Positions 10,302 to 19,829 of a stretch of DNA of 64,000 nucleotides are shown in pieces. The stretch's first letter is position 1. Each line of letters starts with the position of its first letter. The notes beneath the pieces were generated by a model. That model did not search any database. It was given only the letters and a program-made list of their open reading frames with translations, and had not been told where the DNA came from. The stretch comes from Devosia sp. Its GTDB lineage: Bacteria > Pseudomonadota > Alphaproteobacteria > Rhizobiales > Devosiaceae. Where the stretch lies: the NCBI GenBank assembly GCA_016713105.1, contig JADJPS010000020.1, positions 62,278 to 126,277 of the forward strand, written 5' to 3'. The translations under genes were made by a program, and so were the position numbers.

Positions 10302-11115
10302 GCGGCCTCCCGAAGCCGCCGCTGCAGCAGCATTTGGCTCAGGCGCAGCAGAGTATCGCCCAGCAGCGCCAGCGCGAGGAGCGTGAACAGCGCCACGGCG
10401 AAGAGCGGCAGGTCGTGCTGCAGCGCCGCGCCCAGCGTCAGCCGTCCGAGGCCGGGCAGATAGAACAATGTCTCGACCAGCACCGAGCCGATCCAGACCG
10501 CCACGAACACCTGGCCGAGCAGGGCCGGAAGCGTGGAACGCAGTCGCGTCATCGCCAGCCTTCGCCGCGCCAGCGCGGCCGTCATCCCAGCGCTGCGCAG
10601 CCGCTGGATCGCCCCCGGTGCGCCAGCATCGGCTTCCCTCAGCAACAGCCGGGCAAACTGCCCTCCACCCGGTATGCCGATGGCCAGCGCGGGCAGCAGC
10701 AGCGACCCCAGGGCCGCGGCCGGGTTGCTCTGCCAGGGCACGAAGCCGCTCGCTGGCAACAGCTTCAGGCCACCGGCCACGCCCAGGATCAGCAGCAGGC
10801 CGGCCCAGAACGCCGGCATCGCGGCAAGCAGCGCCGCCGGGGCACGCATCGGTACCGCGGCGTCAGCTGCTGCCAGGCCCAGGCCGGTCGCGACGGAGAT
10901 CAGGAAGGCCAGCAGAGCCAGTGGCAACGTCACCGCCAGGCGTTCCAGCACCAGCGGGCCGATCGCTGCATCGGCTCCCGCCGGTCGCGCGCCGCCCAGC
11001 AGGCCGCCGATGAACCCGGGAGATTGCGCCGACGCCAGAACGTCGATGAGCAGCCAAAGCAGCAGGGCCGCAGCCGACAGCCCGCCGAGAAGTCCACCGC
11101 CAGCCGAAACAGCAA
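10298..11115 (-). CDS. DppB/OppB-like ABC permease, highly diverged, probable 1-nt frameshift near 11097
   Basis: TLPLALLA, MPAFWAGLLL, VLVETLFYLPGLGRL...HDLP. Adding one G near 11097 gives the N-terminus MLFRLAGGLLGGLSAAALLLW. Confidence 0.7.
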
Positions 11116-11224
11116 AGCACTCGCGGGCGGCGGGCCGCTCCTAGCCGATGGGGTGCTGGCCTGCGGCATGCCAACGCTCGAGCCTGTGTCGATCGAAAAG
11201 GGTGGAACAACCGCTAAAGCATAG

Positions 11225-11239
11225 TCAAAGAATGGTTAA
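11225..11239. promoter_or_regulatory. CtrA box-like site upstream of the Dpp-like operon
   Basis: Minus strand TTAACCATTCTTTGA, i.e. TTAA-N7-TTGA containing the TTAACCAT half-site. Confidence 0.55.
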
Positions 11240-11252
11240 TTTCAAATGTAGA

Positions 11253-12913
11253 TCAACCGCTCCGCCGGTCGCTGAAGCGGGTGGCGAGGATCACCGGCAG
11301 AACGCCCACCAGCACGATGCCGAGTGCCGGAAGGGCGGCCTCGGTGAACAGGCTGACATTGGCCCGGGCATAGACCATGGTGGCGAGGGTCTCGACGCCC
11401 AGCGGCCGCAACAGCAGCGTCGCCGGCAGTTCCTTGACGATCTCGACAAAGACCAGCGTGGCTGCCGACAGCAGCGCCGGCGACAGGCTCGGCAGGTCGA
11501 CGCGCAGCAGCAGCCGCCAGCCAGTGACCCCAAGCACCCGACCGGCGTCGATCATCTGGTCGCCCCGCCGCCGCATGGCTGCGTCCAGTGTCGTGTGCGA
11601 CACGGCAAGGAACCGGATGGCGTAGACATAGAGCAGGGCCGCCACCGAGCCGGACAGAATCAGTCCCGGTCGCCAGTCGAGCAGCGCTATGCTGGCGCGG
11701 TTGAGCCACAGATCGGCCTGTCCCAATGGCTGGAGCAGGCCCAGGGCCAGGACCGTGCCCGGAACGGCATAGCCGAGCGTCGCGATGCGAATTGCCGCAT
11801 GCGCCGGGCGGGATCCTCTCGCGTTGCCCACCTTGGCCGCGAACAGCCCGATGCCGATGGTCACCAGGGCCCCGGCCGCGGCGAGGAAGACGGTCGTCAC
11901 ACCGGCGCCCGTCGCGGCCTGCACGGCGTTCGGTCCCAGGTTGCGCAGGGCCAGCACCGTCAGTTCGCCAACCGGCACGCCAAAGCCCCCTGCCAGCAGC
12001 ACGGTGCAGAACAGGCTGGCAGCGACCGCGTGCCGGCCGGCCAGCGTTTCCCGCGGCGGGGCCACGCGGCTGTCGCGGTGCAGTTGGTAGACGCGGCCGC
12101 GCCGCGCCCATTGCTCGATGAGGATCAGTGCCGCAACGATCAGCACGATGGTCACCGCCAGTTGCGCCGCACCGCCGAAATTGCCGCGGTTGATCCAGGT
12201 CGAGTAGATTACCGCGGTCAGGCTGTTGACGCCGAAATACTGCACCGCGCCGAGGTCGTTCAGCACCTCCATCATGGCGAGCGTGATGCCGGCGACCAAG
12301 GCCGGGCGACTAAGCGGCAGGATGATGGTGAAGAAGGTGCGTCCGCCGCTTGCGCCCAGGGTGCGAGATGCCGCGCCCACCGAGCCCGACTGCATCAGGA
12401 AGAAGGTGCGGCAGGCGACATAGACATAAGGGTAGAGCACCAGCGACAGCACCAGCGCCGCGCCGGCCGGACTCTTGATCTGGGGGAACCAGTAGTCGCG
12501 GATCGTTGCGGCGCCGATCAGCGCCCTGAGCGCCTGCTGCACCGGTCCGGTGAAATCGAGGAACTCCACATAGCTGTAGGCGGCAAGGTAGGTCGGCACC
12601 GCGAGGGGAAGGATCAGGGCCCAGTCGAAGAGCCGTCGTCCGGGGAAGTCGAAATGCGTGGTCAGCCACGCGGCCACCAGCCCCAGAGCCCCGTCGTCAC
12701 CCCGACCCATGCCATCAGGGTGGCGGTCTCCCGCAGTGCTGTCGGCAGCATGGTGGCGCCGAGTCCGCCACCGGCATCTGTCGCCCCGAACGCGCTGAGC
12801 CCGAGCCACAGGATCGGCAGCCCCATCAGCAACACCAGCACGATGGCAGAAACCGGCGGGAGGCTGGGCCCGCCGGTTCGCTTGGTCTGTCTGGCTGCCG
12901 TTGCGCCGCTGAT
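11253..12913 (-). CDS. fbpB: Fe(III) ABC transporter permease (FbpB-like), 1-nt frameshift near 12692, start uncertain
   Basis: AWLTTHFDFPGRRLFDWALILPLAVPTYLAAYSY, LYPYVY, VKELPATLLLRP. The upstream frame rejoins if a G is added to the GGGG run. Confidence 0.85.
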
Positions 12914-12935
12914 GGGCCCGTACTCCCTGTGGGCG

Positions 12936-13976
12936 CTAGTTCTGCGCCCCTTCGTTGAACCGGAGCTCGTCGACCAGCGCCGCTGCTTCCGCTCGATGCG
13001 CCGCGACTTCGGTCAGCGACACCCTGGAGGGGTTGAGCTTGCCCCAGCTCAGCACCAGTTCGGCCGGCTCGACCCCGGCCACAGCCGGATACTCGTAGTT
13101 GCCGTTGGCGTAAAGCCGCTGCGCCTCATCGGAGAGCAGGAAGGCGATCAGCGCATTGGCGTTCTCGGGATGCGGGGCGTACCTAGCGATGAAGGCGCCG
13201 GCCGCATTGACCTGCGTACCCTCGCCATCGGCGTCCGGATAGATGATCCTGGCCGAGGCCGCCCACTGCTTCTGCTCGGGCTCTGCTTCGTTGTTCAGCA
13301 TCAGCCCCATGTAGTAGGTGTTCGAGATCGACAGGTCGCAGCTGCCCTCGAGAATGGCCTTGACGCCGGCGCGGTCGTTGCCGCTGGGGGCATAGGCCAT
13401 GTTGTCGCGCACCGCCGTCAGCCACTCGCGGGTCTTGTCGAGTCCCCACAGCGCGATGCGGTTGGCGATCAGGCCGATATTGTAGACATGGTCACCCGGG
13501 CGCGTGCACAGGCGCCCCTTCCATTCCGGCTTGGCGATATCCTCGTAGCCCAGCGCCGTTTCGGCCACGCGGTCCTTGCTCACGTAGAACACGCGGGCCC
13601 TGAGCGACAGCGCCGCCCAGGCGCCGTCGGCATCGCGGAATTCCGGTGCCAGTCGCTCGGTGAGCGCCGGCGTGGTGATTGGCTGCGTCAGGCCCTGTTC
13701 CTTGGCACCGACCAGATTTCCCACGTCCACCGTGAGCACGAGGTCGACCGGCGACAGCTCGCCTTCGGCCGCGACGCGTTCGAGCAGGCCGTCGCCCGCG
13801 AACAGCACGTTGGTCTTGATTCCGGTCTCGGCCGTGAACTTGTCGAGCAGCGGCTGGATGAGGCCCGGCTCGCGGTACGAATAGACGTTGACTTCGCCGC
13901 TCTGGGCGAGGGTCGGTGTCGCAACAAGGGCCAGCAGCAGGGCGCTGAGTGCGGTCTTGACGTTCATTTGCGGCAT
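12936..13976 (-). CDS. fbpA: Fe(III) ABC transporter substrate-binding protein (FbpA/FutA-like)
   Basis: Signal peptide, EVNVYSYRE, SLRARVFY, GNDRAGVKAI, ISNTYYMG, NYEYP. Confidence 0.92.
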   Translation of the reverse strand: MPQMNVKTALSALLLALVATPTLAQSGEVNVYSYREPGLIQPLLDKFTAETGIKTNVLFAGDGLLERVAAEGELSPVDLVLTVDVGNLVGAKEQGLTQPITTPALTERLAPEFRDADGAWAALSLRARVFYVSKDRVAETALGYEDIAKPEWKGRLCTRPGDHVYNIGLIANRIALWGLDKTREWLTAVRDNMAYAPSGNDRAGVKAILEGSCDLSISNTYYMGLMLNNEAEPEQKQWAASARIIYPDADGEGTQVNAAGAFIARYAPHPENANALIAFLLSDEAQRLYANGNYEYPAVAGVEPAELVLSWGKLNPSRVSLTEVAAHRAEAAALVDELRFNEGAQN

Positions 13977-14028
13977 CTCCTGAAATGGCGGAGTCTCGCT
14001 CCACGCATGGGCCGCGTTCTGCTATTTC

Positions 14029-14043
14029 TGACCATTGAAGTCA
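14029..14043. promoter_or_regulatory. RirA/IRO-like iron box upstream of fbpA
   Basis: TGACCATTGAAGTCA = TGA-N9-TCA (TGAC-N7-GTCA) with AT-rich flanks, about 55 nt upstream of the start. Confidence 0.5.
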
Positions 14044-14171
14044 ACAAACGGGGCGGTGACAGCTCGGTGGCGCCGCAGCAGCATCTGGAAACGTTCCAGA
14101 CAAGGCAGGATTCCTGTAGTTCCTGCAACGGTCTACCCGGCGCATTCATGCGCCCGACCTGCGACAATCTG

Positions 14172-17126
14172 CTACGTCTTGACCAGATCGGACGGTATGA
14201 CCAGCGAGAACAGCGTCCCCTGTCCGGCGACCGGGTCGACGCTCAGCGATAGCGCATTCACGGCCAGCAGCGATCGCGTCAGCGCCAGCCCGACGCTGGA
14301 GCGAACCGGCGCCAGGGTCTCGCCATCGCGGCCGATGCCATCCCGGAACACCACGAAGCGCTCGCCCAGGTCGCTGCGGCGTTCCCCGGTGTCGCGCACG
14401 TTGACGACGACGGCCCCGCTGTCTTCCAGCTGTGCCGACAGGATCATCGTGCCGCCGCCCGGCGTCTGGTCGATGGCGCTCGCCAGCAGGTTCAGGATGG
14501 CCTGCGTCAGCGAGGCCCGGTCGGCGGTGATGTGCGGCAGGCGCTCGGATACGGCACTGCGGACGAGCACGCGCGCCGCCGCCGCCTGGCTTTTCACGCG
14601 CAACAGGCAGGTATCGAGCAACGCGCCCAGTTCGATATCGTCTGCCTGCGCCTCGTAGCGCCCTTCGCGCAGCCGGGCATAGTCGTCGAGTTCGTCCACC
14701 AGCGTGGCGATCTCGATGCCGGCAGTCTTGATGTCCCGGGCGTACTCGGCCTGTCGCTGCGCCTCGGGCGAACCGCTGGCGGCGCCGTGGATCAGGTCGG
14801 CAAAGCCGATGATGCTGTTGAGCGGGCGCCGTACGCCCCGGCTGATCCGCACCAGCATCGAGGGTTCGACGTCGTCGGTGGCCATGGCCGGAGCGGGTGG
14901 CGCGGCAACAGGGGGGCTCGCTGCGAGCTTGCGCAGCGTGCCGAAATAACCTGCCACCACACCGGCCTGTCCCTCGGCGAACAGCACCAGCTGGGTGCCG
15001 TCGCTTCGGCCGCGAAACACGATTGCCGGTCGCGCCGTTTCGGCGAAGCGAGCGGGTCGCTCCAGAAAGCGCTTGAGCTCGACGATTTCCTCGGGTTCGA
15101 CCAGCCCCGCCAGCGGGTGGCCGATCAGTTCGTCCTCGGTTCTGCCCAGGAGGATCCGGCCATGCAGCGACACCGCGGTGATCGTGCCGCTGCGATCGGC
15201 GGCGACGAAGCCCTCGTCGGAGGCCTCGGCGTGCAGTTCGGCGAAGGCGCGCACCGCCGCCTCGTGTCCGCCGCGCCGCTCGGCCATGCTTGCCGACAGC
15301 ATCAGGGCCGGCCGGCCATGCCAGTTGATCGATTGCAGCCGCGCATTGACCGGGGCGAGGCTGCCGTCGCGGCGCACCAGTTGCGTTACTGGGCCAGCCC
15401 CGCCGGAATCCTCGGCCGGAAAGATCGCCGTAAGGCCCGCCGCCCTGAGGCTCTCGATGCTGTCGTAGCCGGTCAGTTCGGTGAGGGCCCGGTTGGCGAA
15501 CAGCACCTGCTGGTCGCGGAAGACCATGATGCCCAGTGGCAGGCGGTTGAGGATGAAGGTCTCGCCGGCAAGGCTGATCAGGGCGCCGTCCGGCGACGAG
15601 GCCGGCGTGATGTCGACCTCCGCCGCCGGGGGCGGGGCGCTGCCGCCGACGCGGTCGCTCAGGATGCGGCTCAGTTCATCGAAATTGTAGCGGGAGACCC
15701 GCTCCACGGTCTCGGCGTCGGGCGTCGCCGGCATGCGCTGGGACTCGTCACCGCTGCTCGCGGTGCTTGCGATCGGTTCGAAGCCACGGCCGATGACCCG
15801 CCAGGTGGTGACCGTGGCCGCCACCGCGTCGTCCGCAGCGGCAGCGACGGTTGCCGCGGGTTCGGTCTCGGCGGCGGCGATCAGTTCGGCAATATGGTCG
15901 ATCTCGGGCTCGGGGACCGCCATGGTCGGTTCCGTCCCGGCCGACAGGTCTGCGGCTGTGACGACCTCGGCTTCCTCGGCCGGCAGGGCGGGTTCCGGCG
16001 GCGCGTCAAGGGCCGGTGTCTCCTCTGCCGCTTCCGGCGCGGCAGGCTCTGTCATGGCCTCGAGTCCGGGCAGCCCCGCGGCCGCATCGACCTCGTCAAC
16101 GGGCACGTCCGGCAACTCGGGGACAGTGTCCTCGGGCGCGGGAAGCAACGTCTCGGGCGGGGCCACGAAGATCGTCTCGGGAACCTCCGGAGGCGGACCG
16201 GCAAAGGTCGCGTCGCGCTCCACCAGCGTGCCGAACAGACCGTCGTCATCGGCTAGCCGGTCGAACAGGGACGACAGTGTCCCCGGTGGCGGGGTCCGAT
16301 CGAGGATCGGCTCGACCCACAGTTCGCTGCCCGGCGCCGGCGTGGTGGCCGGCGGCGGCAGGTCGGGCGGCAGGCCGATCGGGAGCAGGGGCTCCGCAAC
16401 CGGTTGGGCGGCGACCGGACGTGACAGTTCCTCGAGGCCCTCCTCGGAGCGCACCTCGGCGATGCCGGACTCGAGCGCGGGAACCGCCGGCTCGGCTGGC
16501 TCGAACAGCAGCAGCATGGCGTCCTGGGGACTGGCCCGGAAGCGGGTAAGCAGCACCCGCTCCCCGGCCAGTTCGGCCATGCCGCTGTCGCCATCGAGCG
16601 CTGGCAGCCCCTCGCTCTCGATGATCGGGGCGAACCGGGTCAGGGCGCGCGCCGATCCCGCGGCGATCTGGCTGTCATCGCTGACCAGCAGATACTCCGC
16701 CCCGGGCGGGAACAGCCGCGTCGACAGGGTGTCGGCCCGCCCCGGTTCCATGGCCTCGAGCAGTTCGGGTTCCAGCGGGTCCACGCCGACGATCAGCATT
16801 GCCGTGCTGCCATCATCGAGTTCGAGCGGCGTGCAGGTGCAGGTGGTCGAGATCGGGCGATCGCCGGCAAGGAACTGGATGCGGCTCAGGCTGGAACGGC
16901 CCAGCGAACCGAGCCGGATCAGGCGGGCAATCTGGCCGCGGATCGGCACGGCCTCGGGCGCTAGCTTGACCCCGCGCTTCTTCATCTTGCCATGGAAGAA
17001 CCGTGCCGCATCGTTGCGCCACAGCGGCATTTCGCCATCCTGCGACCACAGCCAGGTGGGACGGGCATCCGCCCAATGCACCAGCACCCGTCGGGCTGTC
17101 GGCGATTTGATCCAGTCTGCGTGCAC
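14172..17126 (-). CDS. PdhS/CbrA-like PAS-domain histidine kinase homolog with degenerate catalytic motifs
   Basis: N-terminal PTWLWSQDG..LWRN, long Pro/Glu/Ala linker, PAS regions (FANRALTELTGY), H-box ISRGVRRPLNSIIGF, HATPase-like NLLASAIDQT/DTGE/SVGLAL. Confidence 0.8.
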   Translation of the reverse strand: MHADWIKSPTARRVLVHWADARPTWLWSQDGEMPLWRNDAARFFHGKMKKRGVKLAPEAVPIRGQIARLIRLGSLGRSSLSRIQFLAGDRPISTTCTCTPLELDDGSTAMLIVGVDPLEPELLEAMEPGRADTLSTRLFPPGAEYLLVSDDSQIAAGSARALTRFAPIIESEGLPALDGDSGMAELAGERVLLTRFRASPQDAMLLLFEPAEPAVPALESGIAEVRSEEGLEELSRPVAAQPVAEPLLPIGLPPDLPPPATTPAPGSELWVEPILDRTPPPGTLSSLFDRLADDDGLFGTLVERDATFAGPPPEVPETIFVAPPETLLPAPEDTVPELPDVPVDEVDAAAGLPGLEAMTEPAAPEAAEETPALDAPPEPALPAEEAEVVTAADLSAGTEPTMAVPEPEIDHIAELIAAAETEPAATVAAAADDAVAATVTTWRVIGRGFEPIASTASSGDESQRMPATPDAETVERVSRYNFDELSRILSDRVGGSAPPPAAEVDITPASSPDGALISLAGETFILNRLPLGIMVFRDQQVLFANRALTELTGYDSIESLRAAGLTAIFPAEDSGGAGPVTQLVRRDGSLAPVNARLQSINWHGRPALMLSASMAERRGGHEAAVRAFAELHAEASDEGFVAADRSGTITAVSLHGRILLGRTEDELIGHPLAGLVEPEEIVELKRFLERPARFAETARPAIVFRGRSDGTQLVLFAEGQAGVVAGYFGTLRKLAASPPVAAPPAPAMATDDVEPSMLVRISRGVRRPLNSIIGFADLIHGAASGSPEAQRQAEYARDIKTAGIEIATLVDELDDYARLREGRYEAQADDIELGALLDTCLLRVKSQAAAARVLVRSAVSERLPHITADRASLTQAILNLLASAIDQTPGGGTMILSAQLEDSGAVVVNVRDTGERRSDLGERFVVFRDGIGRDGETLAPVRSSVGLALTRSLLAVNALSLSVDPVAGQGTLFSLVIPSDLVKT

Positions 17127-17175
17127 GCGCTACACTTTCCGGTCGTGCCGTTTTGGCACAGGCCGCACTCGATAC

Positions 17176-17190
17176 TTAACACTCTCTAAA
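17176..17190. promoter_or_regulatory. CtrA box-like site upstream of the PdhS-like gene
   Basis: TTAACACTCTCTAAA (TTAA-N7-TAAA); a second half-site TTAACCAT lies on the minus strand at 17252-17259. Confidence 0.45.
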
Positions 17191-17340
17191 TATCGTGGCC
17201 CGGCAATGGGGTCCACAACAAGGCGAGCCCGTTTCCGCCATTCGCGGCCCATGGTTAAGTGCGGCGTCTGCGGCAGTCGCGCCGGAAAATCCACCCTTGC
17301 CAGCCGGCGCTTCTGAAACTATGGTCCGCCCGCTTCCAGG

Positions 17341-17417
17341 GCCGCCTTAGCTCAGTTGGTTAGAGCACTAGATTGTGGATCTAGGGGTCTCCCGTTCGAA
17401 CCGGGAAGGCGGTACCA
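17341..17417 (+). tRNA. tRNA-His (GTG)
   Basis: GCCGCCT/AGGCGGT acceptor stem, D arm AGCTCAGTTGGTTAGAGC, anticodon arm CTAGA-TTGTGGA-TCTAG, GTTCGAA T loop, discriminator A then encoded CCA. Confidence 0.97.
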
Positions 17418-17696
17418 TTTTCCCTGCACCTGATGCCGGCACGAGTGCGGCGGCTTCGCCCGCGTGCTGCCACAGATCGGTCACGTTGCTGAACGGGCCT
17501 GTCCCTCGGATCGTCCCGCGATGGCTGAACGATGCCTGTAGACTCGGGCAGACGGACGTTCAGCCCGGCCCGGCTATCGTTGCGCCGCCTGTTGCCGCTA
17601 ACGGGAAATTGACCGGCCCTGCCTTATCCTGGTCGCAACCGGCTGCACGATGGAGCGTTGCTGGACCGGCGAGCGCGGATGGCGAGGATCACAGGA

Positions 17697-17936
17697 ATGG
17701 AACGGCGCGACAGACCCACCGGATACAGGACAACCCATCGGCTGCATCTGGTATCGGGTGCGGCGCGCCTGCGCGATGCGCATCCTGCCGATCGCGATGC
17801 GCACCTTGCCGATATCGCCCCCATGCACGCCCCCGAAGCCCCGATGGCGGTGACCTTCGAGGGCCTGACCCCCGCGCAGCAGGCAGCGGCAATCGCCGCC
17901 TTCCCCGGTGGCCGCCGCTTCGTGCTGGCGGGGTGA
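17697..17936 (+). CDS. Small hypothetical protein (79 aa)
   Basis: CAGGA RBS-like sequence just before ATG; coding-like codon usage; ends AVTFEGLTPAQQAAAIAAFPGGRRFVLAG. Confidence 0.5.
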   Translation: MERRDRPTGYRTTHRLHLVSGAARLRDAHPADRDAHLADIAPMHAPEAPMAVTFEGLTPAQQAAAIAAFPGGRRFVLAG

Positions 17937-17981
17937 TCCGCAGCGCCTCGTGCCGGAGGTCGCCGGCGGGGTGAATGCCGG

Positions 17982-19779
17982 CTACTTCGATAGCCGCAGA
18001 TCGGTGATGTTCTGGCCGATCTCCTGGAAGGTGTCGATCAGGCTGCCGCCGCTGTCCGGAAAGAAGGCCTTGCTGTCGTCGCTGGCGCAATCGGTCAGCA
18101 GGACCTCTTCGTCGCTGTCTTCGTCGATGTTGTAGCCGATCGTGTAGACGACGATGTCCTTGTCCTTCATGGCCTCGCACAGCGCCGCCGCCTGGACGGC
18201 CGTATCGTCGGGTGCGTCGCAGTCGATGATGCCGGTCCTGACGCCGTTGCAGTACTGTCGGTTGTAGACGCCGTCGGTCATGATGATGGCGACCTTGAGC
18301 AGGTTGGGCTCATCGTAGTCGGCTGGGACGTTCTCGGCGTCGGGCCACAGGTAGCCGAACTCGGGCGACAGCATGTACCAGGCCCAGGCGGTGCCCAGAT
18401 GGCCGGCCGTCGAGCCGTGATCGTCCATGTCGTCGGACTCGTCGTAGAGGACGTCGGTATCCGAGGTCAGGGGCGTGATGTCCTGGTCGATGTCGCAAAC
18501 GCCGTTGCTTTCGTAGTTCGCCCCGAGCAGCGTCGTCGTCGGCGGATCTTCAGTGTAGGTATTGGTGGCCCGCTCCGTCACGCAGTCGGTGATCTGGTAG
18601 GTCCGCCAGTCGCCGTCGTCGTCCTCGAAATAGTAGTACTCGCACAGGTACTCGGTGCAGTAGGCCTTGCCGCCGGTCGCCCGCGGGTCGGTCGAACTGG
18701 TGGAGGTCACCCCGTCGAGCGAGAAGGTATCGGCGGTCCGCGAGGTGACGGTGTAGGTCTCGCCGTTATAGGACGAGTTGCTGGTCCCGACGATGTGGAC
18801 GTGGTCACCGGTCGCAAAGCCATGGCCGGTCGCCGTCACGACGACTTCGCAGCTGGTGATCAGGCACTTTCGGGCCTTGTCGCTGGAACTCGTGCTGTAG
18901 GAGTTGTAGCTGGAGCTGTTGACGTTGACCCCGGCCGTCGTCTGCAACGAGAAGGTAGTGGATGTCTTGTACACGACCTTGAAGTACTTGTTGTTGACCT
19001 GCCACATGCCGCTGATATTGGCGAGGTAGATGACGTCGCCCGTCGCGAAGCCGTGGCTGCTGGAGGTGGTCACGACGGCGGGATTGGCCTTGGTGATGCC
19101 GCTGACATTGACCTGGCTCGCCATCCACCTGAGGTTGGTGAGCGTCTTGCCCGCCGGCACCGAGCCGCGAATCTCGTCGGCGAGGTCGCCTACGTTCACC
19201 GCCTCCGACCATGGGATGATCGCCATCTTGGAGTAGGTCGGCTCCTGCTCCTCCTGCACCACGAGATCGATCAGTTCTTCGAGCGCATCCTGCAGGTCAT
19301 CGATGTCGTACTTCATCGAACCGGTGTTATCGAGCGCCACCGCCACCTCGAGGTCGACCGAGCCCCGCGTCGCCTCCGCCGAGATGGCGGCCGAGACCGT
19401 CGGGATGCCGATCAGGTGCATGAAGGCCATCGGGACGGTGACCGAGCCGGCGAGCAGCAGGGTGCCGCTGTCGGTGTCCGGCGTGGCGGCGGTGATCGCC
19501 ACCTCGGTGTCGGACATCGCCAGCCGTTCCTCGACCAGCGCTTCCGCAGAGGCCATCAGCTCGTCTTCGGTCGGATCATCGTAGATGGTCGGCAGCAGGC
19601 CGAGCGCCGCGGAGTCGAGCGCCTGCTGCGCGCGCGTCCGCGCCTGCTCGATCTGGGTATAGTCGACCACTGCGCCCGCGAAGGTGATCAGCACCAGCGC
19701 CATTAACGCAAACAGCACGGCGAAGACGCCGCGTTCGTCCGAATGGAAGCGCTTGAAGAGCTTGATGAAAACCGCGCAT
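17982..19779 (-). CDS. TadG-like pseudopilin with vWA domain and two inserted HGFxxGD repeats, probable extra T near 19770
   Basis: Removing one T gives MRGFIKLFKRFHSDERGVFAVLFAL (pilin-like ERG/hydrophobic N-terminus); MIDAS ALDNTGSM and IMTDG. Confidence 0.85.
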
Positions 19780-19829
19780 GACGCCCGAGTCCAGAGGAAT
19801 CCGGGCGCCAGTTTCGCCGAAATTCCTAA

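Noticed and set aside
14084-14100. LacI operator (TCTGGAAACGTTCCAGA)
   Set aside because: It lies just downstream of the pseudokinase stop and more than 100 nt from the fbpA start; a terminator-type hairpin is at least as plausible and cannot be distinguished here
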